A stretch of 47,795 nucleotides of DNA, from NCBI GenBank assembly GCA_034437415.1, contig DAOTUS010000173.1, forward strand, positions 1 through 47,795. The letters run 5' to 3'. Source of the stretch: Herpetosiphonaceae bacterium (GTDB lineage: Bacteria; Chloroflexota; Chloroflexia; Chloroflexales; Herpetosiphonaceae). Of this stretch, positions 32,153-40,872 are shown one piece after another. Position numbers and translations under genes: made by a program. Each line of letters begins with the position of its first letter. Positions within the stretch are counted from its first letter, which is position 1. The notes under the pieces are model-generated. The model searched no databases, was not told the origin of the DNA, and saw only the letters and a list, made by a program, of their open reading frames with translations.

Positions 32153-34801
32153 ATGACAAACATGCTTGACTGGGCACTCAAATACGCGGCCAGAGACTGG
32201 GCGGTCTTGCCACTGCACAGCATCATCCGTGACCGCTGCAGCTGTGGCAATCCCGACTGTGACTCGCCCGGCAAGCACCCGCGTATCGGTGGCGGCCTCA
32301 AAAAAGCCACCACCGATCCCACCGCTATCCGCAGTTGGTGGGGACGCTGGCCGGACGCCAACATCGGCATTCGCACCGATGGGCTGTGCGTCATCGACAT
32401 TGATGGCCCCACGGGCGAACAATCGCTTGATGAACTGGAGCAAACCTACTGCGAGATGCCACCAACCTACACCGTCTCGACGGGGAAGGGTGAGCATTAT
32501 TATTTTGCAGACCCCGAGCGCATCTTCCGCAACCGCGCCGGGCTTGTACCTGGCATCGACATACGCGCCTGTGGCGGCTACGTGGTGGCACCGCCATCAA
32601 ACCATATCAGCGGTCGTACCTATACCGTCCTCTTTGACGGGTGGGGAGATCAGCCCGTCCCGCCATGGCTCGCCGAGCTGATCAAAAAGCCAGAACCGAA
32701 AGCAGATACCGAGTGGACCACAACCACGCTGCCAAGCCCGGCGGCGAACGCCAGCGGCTACGCCCAGGTCGCCCTGGCCAATGAGCTGGCCGCGCTGGCC
32801 AGCAGCAGCAACGGCACCCGCAACGATAATCTGAATAAAGCAGCCTTCAACCTCTTCCAGCTGGTCAAAGCGGGCGAACTTGATACCACTGAGACCACCG
32901 ACCTGCTGGCCCAGACTGCCAGCCAGCTCGGGCTTGCTCCCACTGAGATCGAAAAGACCCTCAAGAGCGCCTGGGCCAGTGCCCCGGAGCGCGATATGGC
33001 CGCCGCAAAACGTCGCCGTACCGAGACGACACCACCACTGGCACCACCAGCACCGACTGACCAGCCACCAGCACCGACGGATAACCCGTCGCTGACTGCT
33101 GGCAGCTCAGGAGCTGCCGCTGCTGTTACTGCTGCTGACACGTTTCCCTACAGCATCAGCGATAACCGGATGTTTATTACCATGATGAAAAAAGACGGTC
33201 CTGAGCATAAAGTCATCGCCGACTTTCAGGCCACGATTACCACCGAGCAGCGCAGCGAAGAGAACGATAAAACCTTTGTCCTAAACGGCCGCACCGCCGC
33301 CAATAAACCATTCAGCCTCACGCTGCCCGCCAAAGACTTCGCCAGCGACGTTATCCTCCGAGGTGCTCTGACCGCCGCCGCCGGGGCCAAAGCGCCCGTT
33401 CGGGCCGGGATGAGCCGCCACCTGGCGCCAGCTATCCAGCGATTGAGCGGCGAGATTGCCTATCAGACCACCTACGGCCGCACGGGCTGGGCCGGGGATC
33501 GTTTCCTCATTCCAGGCCGTGAGCCGGAGGGCGCAACCATCAGCCTGCCGCGCAACCTACCCTACAGCGCGAGCGACACGCCACTGGATCTGACCGCGCT
33601 ACACGCACTGATCCAGGCCAAGCCGCCGGGCCGCTCGACGATCGTGCTGAGCTTTGCCCTGTGCGCCCCGCTGGCCCAGCTGGTCGGCTGGCGCAACGAG
33701 CGGCACGGCCTGTTTATTGCCGGCCGCACCGGCGCCCTGAAAAGCTCCTGGTCACAGGCGCTGATGACTATCTGGGGCCGGGATTTTCTCCGCGACGACC
33801 TGCTCATCAAGTGGGGAATGGGCAACACGCCGAACGCGCTGATGGCGCTGGCCACGCACTGCCACGATATGCCGATGCTCATTGATAACTACAAACCGAA
33901 TACCGGTGGCGGGCATAAGGATTTCACCAACACGGTCCACAACATGATCGAAGGAGGCGAAAAGAACCGCCTCAACCGCGCCGCTGAGCTCCGCGAGGCC
34001 AAGCCTGTCTTTACGTGGCCGCTGATGACGGGCGAGGACGTTCCCGACAGCGACCCGGCCAGTCTCGCCCGCGTGCTGATTGTGCCGTTCGCCGAATCGA
34101 CCGACGAGGAAAAACGCCAGCTCACTATCGCCCAGCAGCGCACGCTCGAATCTATCGGCTGGCGCTGGCTGGAGTGGCTGGAATCCGACCACGGCCGCGA
34201 ATGCGCCGAGAAGGCCGCCGCGCTCTTTGAAACGTGCCGGCGCGAGTGGGCCACCTACCTGCAGTCCTGTCGGGCTGATATGGTGAATACGCTTCGTGTC
34301 GCCACGTCGCTGGCAATCAACGAGCTGACCTGGCTGGTGCTGTGTGAGCACCCCGAGCTTGGCCCGGCGGCGCAGCAGTATAGCGAGGCGCACAGCCAGG
34401 GCCTGGAGGAGGTGGCCGCCCTGATGGCGAGCTACACCGCCGAGAGCCTGGAGGCCACGCGCTATCTGGCGGCGCTGCGTGAGCTGCTGGCCAGCGGGCG
34501 TGCCGAGCTGCGCTTTATCACCGATGAAAGCACCAGTTACGACAAAGAGCGCATGATCGGCTGGCAGGACGGCGAGACCTGCTACCTGCTCCCCCAGGTC
34601 ACGCGGTCCACGATTGACCGCCTGCTGGGGCCGCAGTCGCTCAACGGGATGAGCGCGAAAACGCTCTACACCCAGCTCGCCGGGCTGGGCCACATCGTCG
34701 CCGCAGATGTAGGTAGACAGACCAAAAACAAGTGGATTGCCGGGCGCTCGCAGTGCGTGCTGTGGCTGCGCTTTGAGGATCTTTTTCCTGAGGAGGACTA
34801 A
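32153..34801 (+). CDS. Bifunctional primase-polymerase / PriCT / DUF927-type helicase replication protein
   Basis: N-terminal Prim-Pol motifs are WAVLPLH, CDSPGKHPR, NIGIRTDG and VIDIDG. PriCT-like GTRNDNLNKAAFNLFQL is present. The large C-terminal domain includes an NTPase-like AGRTGALKS. Confidence 0.75.
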   Translation: MTNMLDWALKYAARDWAVLPLHSIIRDRCSCGNPDCDSPGKHPRIGGGLKKATTDPTAIRSWWGRWPDANIGIRTDGLCVIDIDGPTGEQSLDELEQTYCEMPPTYTVSTGKGEHYYFADPERIFRNRAGLVPGIDIRACGGYVVAPPSNHISGRTYTVLFDGWGDQPVPPWLAELIKKPEPKADTEWTTTTLPSPAANASGYAQVALANELAALASSSNGTRNDNLNKAAFNLFQLVKAGELDTTETTDLLAQTASQLGLAPTEIEKTLKSAWASAPERDMAAAKRRRTETTPPLAPPAPTDQPPAPTDNPSLTAGSSGAAAAVTAADTFPYSISDNRMFITMMKKDGPEHKVIADFQATITTEQRSEENDKTFVLNGRTAANKPFSLTLPAKDFASDVILRGALTAAAGAKAPVRAGMSRHLAPAIQRLSGEIAYQTTYGRTGWAGDRFLIPGREPEGATISLPRNLPYSASDTPLDLTALHALIQAKPPGRSTIVLSFALCAPLAQLVGWRNERHGLFIAGRTGALKSSWSQALMTIWGRDFLRDDLLIKWGMGNTPNALMALATHCHDMPMLIDNYKPNTGGGHKDFTNTVHNMIEGGEKNRLNRAAELREAKPVFTWPLMTGEDVPDSDPASLARVLIVPFAESTDEEKRQLTIAQQRTLESIGWRWLEWLESDHGRECAEKAAALFETCRREWATYLQSCRADMVNTLRVATSLAINELTWLVLCEHPELGPAAQQYSEAHSQGLEEVAALMASYTAESLEATRYLAALRELLASGRAELRFITDESTSYDKERMIGWQDGETCYLLPQVTRSTIDRLLGPQSLNGMSAKTLYTQLAGLGHIVAADVGRQTKNKWIAGRSQCVLWLRFEDLFPEED

Positions 34802-35403
34802 TGCGTCAGCGCAAACTCTTTGATGATACGCCGCTGTTCGCCACGGCCGTCGATACACCGCGCCGCCCTCGGCCAGCGAGTACAACGGCGCTGTGCCCCG
34901 TCTGCACAGTGGAGCAGGTCACACTCCCCAGCGGGGCGTTTGCGGTCCCGATCTGCATTCCCTGCCGGGCCGCGCCGCTCGCCACCCTCGACCGCATCGA
35001 GCGCGACCTGATTGCCATCGAAGAGCGGCGGGCGGCAGCCTGGCAGCCGCTCCAGACGCGACTGGCCCAGCTCACCCCCGCCGACTTCGAGCGCTACTGC
35101 GCTATCTGGCTGGCCCGGAGCGCGGCGACAACCGAGGACGGCCGCGCCGCCGTCGAGCGCCGGGTGCTAGCCACGCGGGATAAACGCGACACCCTAAGCC
35201 GCCTGCTTGATCTGGAGGTCGGCCAGCTCGAAGCGATTGAGACCACCTACCGCGAAACAGAGCCGCCGCTGAAAGCGCTCCGGGCCGCACAGTACGACCT
35301 GCTGAGCCTGCGCGAGAGCCGTGGCTGGACTATTCCGCCCGATATCACTGCCCGCCGCGCGGCCCTGGTGGGTATGCGGCCGGCTGTGCTGGAGCGTGTG
35401 TGA
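34801..35403 (+). CDS. Hypothetical protein with an N-terminal CPVC...CIPC zinc ribbon
   Basis: Coupled to the primase stop, in the early operon. Confidence 0.45.
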   Translation: MRQRKLFDDTPLFATAVDTPRRPRPASTTALCPVCTVEQVTLPSGAFAVPICIPCRAAPLATLDRIERDLIAIEERRAAAWQPLQTRLAQLTPADFERYCAIWLARSAATTEDGRAAVERRVLATRDKRDTLSRLLDLEVGQLEAIETTYRETEPPLKALRAAQYDLLSLRESRGWTIPPDITARRAALVGMRPAVLERV

Positions 35404-35843
35404 TGCCAATGGATATGAGCCGCTACCCGCCCGACTGGAAAACCATTAGCCTGGCCATTCGCGAGCGGGCCAACTGGGTCTGTGAATGGTGCGGGGTGAA
35501 GAATAAAGCCATCGGCGCTCGTGACCGCGACGGGCGCTGGCACGATGAGGATGATATCCATTCAATGAACAGTGGCGCTGGCTTTGATGCTTTCGGCGAT
35601 GAGTTCCCGACGATGATTCGCATTGTCCTGACTGTCGCCCACCTCGGCACGGTATACCCGGACGGCACACCGGGCGACAAGCACGACAAGATGGACTGTC
35701 GCCCCGAGAACCTAACCGCCCTCTGCCAGCGCTGCCACCTGAACTACGACCGTGATGAGCACGCCCACAACGCCCGCCAGACGCGACTGCGCAAGAAGGC
35801 GCGGGCCGTCGCCAGAGCTGGGCAGGCCGAGCTACTGGTGTAG
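35403..35843 (+). CDS. HNH endonuclease
   Basis: CEWCG ... VAHL ... ENLTALCQRCHLNYD is an HNH signature. Confidence 0.75.
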   Translation: MPMDMSRYPPDWKTISLAIRERANWVCEWCGVKNKAIGARDRDGRWHDEDDIHSMNSGAGFDAFGDEFPTMIRIVLTVAHLGTVYPDGTPGDKHDKMDCRPENLTALCQRCHLNYDRDEHAHNARQTRLRKKARAVARAGQAELLV

Positions 35844-35874
35844 CTATCCACAAATACATCTGTTCTATCCACAC

Positions 35875-35902
35875 AGACCGAGCTGCCGCTCAGGTCTTTT
35901 TT
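35875..35902 (+). terminator. Rho-independent terminator between the HNH gene and the modification island
   Basis: agaccgagc-tgcc-gctcaggtct followed by tttttt. Confidence 0.6.
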
Positions 35903-35919
35903 ATTGCCACGAGGTTTTT

Positions 35920-38454
35920 ATGACTGCTACCTATACCGAGTTTCTGACCTCAAAAATAACCCTGGTTGCGGCCCACGGGCTGACCGATATCGACCGCTCT
36001 GGCTTTCACCCGTCGCTCAAGCCCCATCAGGTCGATGCAACCGAATGGCTGCTGCAGCAGGGTCAGGCGCTGCTGGGCGCATCGTTTGGCCTAGGCAAGA
36101 CGCGAGTACAGTGCCAGGTCGCTCAGGTTATCCACCAGCGCACACAACAGCCCATCTTGGTCTGTGCGCCGCTGGGCGTGAAACATCAGTTTCAGCACGA
36201 AGACGGGCCTATCTTCGGCCAGGATTGGCAGTACGTGCGCACCGATGCCGAGGTACAGGCCGCCACGTCGCCCTACCTCATCACCAACTATGAGCGCGTC
36301 CGCGACGGCGGCATTGACCCGCGCAACCACACCTTCGCCGCCGTCAGCCTCGACGAGGGCAGCGTGCTGCGCAGCTTGGGCAGCAAGACCTACCAGACGT
36401 TTCAGGAGGTCTTCGCCACGGTCCCCTACCGCTTCGTCTGTACCGCCACACCCGCGCCGAACGCCTACCGCGAGCTGATTTACTACGCCCAGTTCTTAGG
36501 CGTGATGGACTCCGGCCAGGCGCTGACGCGCTGGTTCAAGCGCAACCCGCTCAAAGCAGGCGACCTGACCCTCCACGATCATCACGCTGAGGAGTTCTGG
36601 CTGTGGGTTGCCAGCTGGGCGCTATTTCTGTATTCGCCGGCGGACTTGGGCTATTCGGACGAAGAATACGACCTGCCGCCGATCAACATCCACTGGCACC
36701 GTCTGGAGGTCGACCACCACCGCGCCTGGGATAAAACAGACAACCGGGGCCAGCACAAGCTGCTGCTCGATGCCGCCAACAGCATCAGCGATGCCAGCCG
36801 CGAGAAGCGAGCCACACTCCCCGACCGCATCGCCAAGATGCGCGAGATTATCGACGATCACCCGGGCCAGCACTGGCTGCTGTGGCACCACCTCGAGGAT
36901 GAACGGCGAGCCATCGAGCATGCCATACCAGCCTCCATCAGCGTCTACGGCTCACAGGACCTCGATGAGCGCGAGCGGCGGATTATGGCGTTTGCCCACG
37001 GCGAAATCCCTATTCTAGCCACCAAGCCGGAGATAGCCGGAAGCGGCTGTAACTTTCAGCACCACTGCCATAGCAATATCTTTTTGGGCATTGACTACCG
37101 CTTTGAAGATTTTATTCAGGCCATCCATCGCACCTATCGCTTTCAGCAGCAGCACCCGGTCGATATCCACATCATCTACGCCGAGAGCGAAGACACCGTC
37201 GCCGGGATCCTGAAAGCCAAGTGGGAGCGCCACAACCAGCTGGTGCAGACGATGCGCGACCTGGTTGCCACCTACGGCCTGAGCCACGCGGCAATGCAGC
37301 GCAGCCTGAGCCGCCGGATTGGTATCGAGCGCCACGTTATTCGCGGCGAGCGCTTTACGGCCGTTAACAACGACTGCGTTGCCGAGCTGCCCCATCTCGC
37401 CGCCGACAGCGTTGGAATGGTGCTGACCTCAATTCCGTTCGGCAATCAGTACGAATATTCAACCCAGTATGAAGACTTCGGCTACAACGATGATGACGAG
37501 CGCTTTCTGACCCAGATGGATCACCTCATTCCTGAGCTGCTGCGGGTGCTGCAGCCGGGCCGTATCGCCGCGATCCACGTCAAGGACCGCATTCTCTATG
37601 GCCACCAGACCGACAGCCGTTTCCTTGAGCTCAACCCCTTCAGCGATAAGGTGGTTGAGCGCTTTCGCCGCCACGGCTTTCTGTTTCAATCGCGCCGCAC
37701 GATTATGACCGATGTGGTGCGCGAGAACAACCAAACCTACCGCCTTGGCTGGAGTGAGGTTTGCAAAGACAGTACCAAGATGGGCTGTGGCTCGCCCGAG
37801 TATCTGCTGACCTTTCGGAAGCCGCCGACGGAGACCACGACCGCCTACGCCGACAACCCGGTGGCCAGAGAGAAAGACAGCTACAGCCGGGGCCAGTGGC
37901 AAATCGACGCCGCCGCGCTCTGGCGGTCCAGCGGCAACCGGCTGCTGCAGCCGCACGAGGTCGCCGAGCTGAACCCCGGCGATGCGATGGCGCTGTGGGA
38001 ATCGGAGCAGGCCAACCTGCCCTACGACTACAACCGCCACGTCGCCATCTGCGAGACCGTCGCCGAACGCGGCAAGCTCCCCAGCAGTTTCATGATGTTT
38101 CCCCCGAAAGTGACCCGCCACGACGGCGAGCAGGTCTGGGACGACATCATCTACATCAAAACCCTCAACGCCGAGCAGGCGCGGCGCAATGTTGAGCAGC
38201 ACCTGTGCCCACTCCCGCTGGATATCGTGGAGCGGGCCATTCGCCTGTACTCAATGCCTGACGAGCTGGTGCTGGATCCCTTCGGCGGCCTGATGACCGT
38301 TCCCTACGCCGCGCTGAAGATGGGGCGCCACGCCTATGGCATCGAGCTGCACACACCCTACTTCACCGACGGCGTGCGCTACTGCCGTCAGGCTGAGCAG
38401 CAGGCCAACGCACCGACCTTGTTTGATCTCGTCCTGACTCAGGAGGCCGCCTGA
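35920..38454 (+). CDS. SNF2/DEAD-like helicase fused to a beta-class N4/N6 DNA methyltransferase
   Basis: Helicase motifs are GLGKT, LDEGS, CTATP and QAIHRTYR. The methyltransferase half has motif IV-like TSIPFGNQY followed by motif I LDPFGGLMTV. Confidence 0.75.
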   Translation: MTATYTEFLTSKITLVAAHGLTDIDRSGFHPSLKPHQVDATEWLLQQGQALLGASFGLGKTRVQCQVAQVIHQRTQQPILVCAPLGVKHQFQHEDGPIFGQDWQYVRTDAEVQAATSPYLITNYERVRDGGIDPRNHTFAAVSLDEGSVLRSLGSKTYQTFQEVFATVPYRFVCTATPAPNAYRELIYYAQFLGVMDSGQALTRWFKRNPLKAGDLTLHDHHAEEFWLWVASWALFLYSPADLGYSDEEYDLPPINIHWHRLEVDHHRAWDKTDNRGQHKLLLDAANSISDASREKRATLPDRIAKMREIIDDHPGQHWLLWHHLEDERRAIEHAIPASISVYGSQDLDERERRIMAFAHGEIPILATKPEIAGSGCNFQHHCHSNIFLGIDYRFEDFIQAIHRTYRFQQQHPVDIHIIYAESEDTVAGILKAKWERHNQLVQTMRDLVATYGLSHAAMQRSLSRRIGIERHVIRGERFTAVNNDCVAELPHLAADSVGMVLTSIPFGNQYEYSTQYEDFGYNDDDERFLTQMDHLIPELLRVLQPGRIAAIHVKDRILYGHQTDSRFLELNPFSDKVVERFRRHGFLFQSRRTIMTDVVRENNQTYRLGWSEVCKDSTKMGCGSPEYLLTFRKPPTETTTAYADNPVAREKDSYSRGQWQIDAAALWRSSGNRLLQPHEVAELNPGDAMALWESEQANLPYDYNRHVAICETVAERGKLPSSFMMFPPKVTRHDGEQVWDDIIYIKTLNAEQARRNVEQHLCPLPLDIVERAIRLYSMPDELVLDPFGGLMTVPYAALKMGRHAYGIELHTPYFTDGVRYCRQAEQQANAPTLFDLVLTQEAA

Positions 38455-39554
38455 TGCAACCGCTTCGCGTGATTGAAATCTGTGCCGGGATTGGAGGGAT
38501 CGCGTTGGGTTTTAAGATGGTCGGCGGCTTTGAGCACGTCGCCTTTGTAGAAAGAGACGACTATGCCTGCAAAATCCTCGAAAAACACTGGCCGCAGGTT
38601 CCTCAGTTTCGCGATGTCCGCAGTGTCAGCGCTTGGAATCTACCGCCGTGCGATGTCCTGGCGGGCGGCATACCCTGCCAGCCACACAGCTTGGCAGGAA
38701 AGCGTGGTGCAGGATCCGACGAACGGGATCTTTGGCCTGAGTTCTTCCGGCTCATTCGCGAAATTGGGCCGAGGTACGCAGTGGTGGAAAACGTCCCCGG
38801 ACTTCGTAGCTCCGATCGCGGATTGTTTTTTGGCCGCATTCTCGCAGACCTGGCCTCGGTCGGGTACGATGCGGAATGGATTAGCTTATCAGCTGGTGAA
38901 CTGGGAGCGCCGCATGAGCGCGAAAGGGTCTGGATTGTGGCCTACCCCACGAGCGTACAGTTTCAACGAGAGCCATGCGCCGGGTCTGACTGCGCTCGAC
39001 ATCCGGGTACGCGGGTTATACCCGGAAAAGAAACGCTATTGGCCGACACCGACCGTTCCGAATGGAGGACGATCACCGAAGGGAGGCATGTCAATGACAG
39101 GGATGACGCCGGACGGCAAGAAGCGCCAGGTCGATCTTCAACACGCGGTACGGATGGTCGAGCGGCAAATGTGGCCAACGCCGAGCGACGCGGTGTACGA
39201 CCGCAACAGCCGCCCGCTGAACGAGGTGGTGCTGCGCTTTGCAACGCCCCAGGCGCGGGACTTCCGATCAGGGCAAACGATCCGCTGGGAGGATATGGCA
39301 CGGAGCCGCAATCTGAACGATCAGATCGGCGGGCAGCTCAACCCCGATTGGGTATCTCTGCTGATGGGATTTCCAGCGAGTTGGACGGACTTAACGCCTG
39401 GGGCGATGGATGGGAGGACGGAACCCCGCGAACCGCCCGAGGCGGAGTCAATCGCGTCGCCCGCCTGACCTGCCTGGGAAACGCGGTCGTGCCACAGTGC
39501 GCCGCCGTGATTGGCGCGTACATCTGGCAGCACTATCAGGAAATACAGACATGA
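38454..39554 (+). CDS. DNA (cytosine-5)-methyltransferase; the frame-A ORF carries motifs I-VIII and X but an odd Arg/Gly-rich middle
   Basis: aggagg RBS and a TGATG overlap. Motifs are CAGIGG (I), GIPCQPHS (IV), ENVPG (VI), GAPHERERVWIV (VIII) and LGNAVVPQ (X). Confidence 0.75.
   Translation: MQPLRVIEICAGIGGIALGFKMVGGFEHVAFVERDDYACKILEKHWPQVPQFRDVRSVSAWNLPPCDVLAGGIPCQPHSLAGKRGAGSDERDLWPEFFRLIREIGPRYAVVENVPGLRSSDRGLFFGRILADLASVGYDAEWISLSAGELGAPHERERVWIVAYPTSVQFQREPCAGSDCARHPGTRVIPGKETLLADTDRSEWRTITEGRHVNDRDDAGRQEAPGRSSTRGTDGRAANVANAERRGVRPQQPPAERGGAALCNAPGAGLPIRANDPLGGYGTEPQSERSDRRAAQPRLGISADGISSELDGLNAWGDGWEDGTPRTARGGVNRVARLTCLGNAVVPQCAAVIGAYIWQHYQEIQT
38563..39468 (+). other. Alternate (+1) frame open through the C5-MTase gene, encoding WPTP repeats and LNPDWVSLLMGFPASWTD
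   Basis: Frame B reads TWPRSGTMRNGLAYQL..GSGLWPTPRA..YWPTPTVPNGGRSPKGG..MWPTPSDAV..ATPQARD..LNPDWVSLLMGFPASWTD. These motifs normally sit between motif VIII and motif X of phage C5-MTases. Confidence 0.5.
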
Positions 39555-40435
39555 AACACCTCCACATCCCGCCGATTATCCGCGCCGCCCTCGACAAAGG
39601 AGCGGCGCTTTCTATTTCCATCAGCGGCGGCAAAGATAGCCAGGCGCTGCTACTGGAGCTGGTTGCCGCCTACAAAGCCAACGGCTGGACTGGCCCTATC
39701 TTCGCTGTTCACGCGCACCTGGGCCGCGCCGAGTGGCCGCAGACGATGGCGCACTGCCAGGCGCTGTGTGATGAGGCCGGGGTTGCACTCTTCATCGTTG
39801 GCCGCACGGCCGGGGCTGACCTGGTCGACCGCTGGAAAGAGCGAATGCACACACTGGCCGGCACGGGCAAACCGTTCTGGAGCAGCGCGGCCCAGCGCTA
39901 CTGCACCAGCGATATGAAGCGCGGCCCGATTGACCAGTTGCTGCGTAAGTGCAGTCTGGTCATCAGCGCCGAGGGTGTGCGCGGCGATGAAAGTCCTAAC
40001 CGCGCCAAAAAGCCGACCGTCGCCATTCGTCCGCAGATCACGGCCCAGGGCCTGCGCGGCCTGACGATGGAGGAGGCGCTGAGCTATCGCTCATTCAAGC
40101 AGCGGCTGGCCCTGACGTGGTATCCGCTCCACGACTGGACCGAGCGCGACGTCTGGCAGGCCTGCGGCACCGACCTTGACGACCTACGGGAGCGGCAAGC
40201 GCTGTACCGCCTAGGGCACGAGGCTATCGCGCTCGACGGCTGGTCAGCCCACCCGGCCTACGTCTACGGCAACCAGCGGCTCTCCTGTGCGCTGTGCATC
40301 CTGGGCAGCCGCAACGACCTCCAGAACGGCGCGAAGTACAACCCGGCGCTCTACGCCGAGCTGGTGCAGATGGAGCGAGAAAGCGGCTTCACATTCCGCC
40401 AGGATCTGGCCCTGGCTGATTTGGAGGTGTTATGA
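39551..40435 (+). CDS. PAPS-reductase/DndC/IbrA-like PP-loop ATPase
   Basis: ATGA overlap with the upstream stop. PP-loop SISISGGKDSQAL, and a C-terminal CALCILG Cys pair. Confidence 0.7.
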   Translation: MKHLHIPPIIRAALDKGAALSISISGGKDSQALLLELVAAYKANGWTGPIFAVHAHLGRAEWPQTMAHCQALCDEAGVALFIVGRTAGADLVDRWKERMHTLAGTGKPFWSSAAQRYCTSDMKRGPIDQLLRKCSLVISAEGVRGDESPNRAKKPTVAIRPQITAQGLRGLTMEEALSYRSFKQRLALTWYPLHDWTERDVWQACGTDLDDLRERQALYRLGHEAIALDGWSAHPAYVYGNQRLSCALCILGSRNDLQNGAKYNPALYAELVQMERESGFTFRQDLALADLEVL

Positions 40436-40872
40436 CGTTCGACAACAGCGACGGGTTTTTCAACCTACTGCCCGACACAGCTCCAAAGCGCAAGTCCAAG
40501 CCATCCGATAACCGCTCGCTCGAGCGGGATATTCAAAAGGCTATTATCAAAGCCCTGCGGAAGCGGGATATTTTCGTCTGTCGGGTCAATGCCGGAAAAA
40601 TCAACATCAAAGACGGTGCTGACCCGACCGACAAAGGCCGCTACATCGTCGGGGCCACGGCGGGCCACAGCGACCTCTATGGCGTGCTGGCCCCACACGG
40701 TCGGGCGTGGTTCATCGAGGTGAAACGGCCCGGCGAAAAGCCCACAGTGCTGCAATCGCAATTCCTGAAAGCCCGCGCCGCCGAGGGCGCCCTGGTGGGA
40801 GTTGCAGACAGCGTGGTATCCGCGCTCGCGCTGTTTGGATTTGAGCCGACGCGATGGGAGGTTGGAAAATAA
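40432..40872 (+). CDS. VRR-NUC domain nuclease (PD-(D/E)xK)
   Basis: GHSDLYGVL ... WFIEVKRPGEKPTVLQSQF follows the VRR-NUC D...E.K..Q pattern. Confidence 0.7.
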   Translation: MTFDNSDGFFNLLPDTAPKRKSKPSDNRSLERDIQKAIIKALRKRDIFVCRVNAGKINIKDGADPTDKGRYIVGATAGHSDLYGVLAPHGRAWFIEVKRPGEKPTVLQSQFLKARAAEGALVGVADSVVSALALFGFEPTRWEVGK

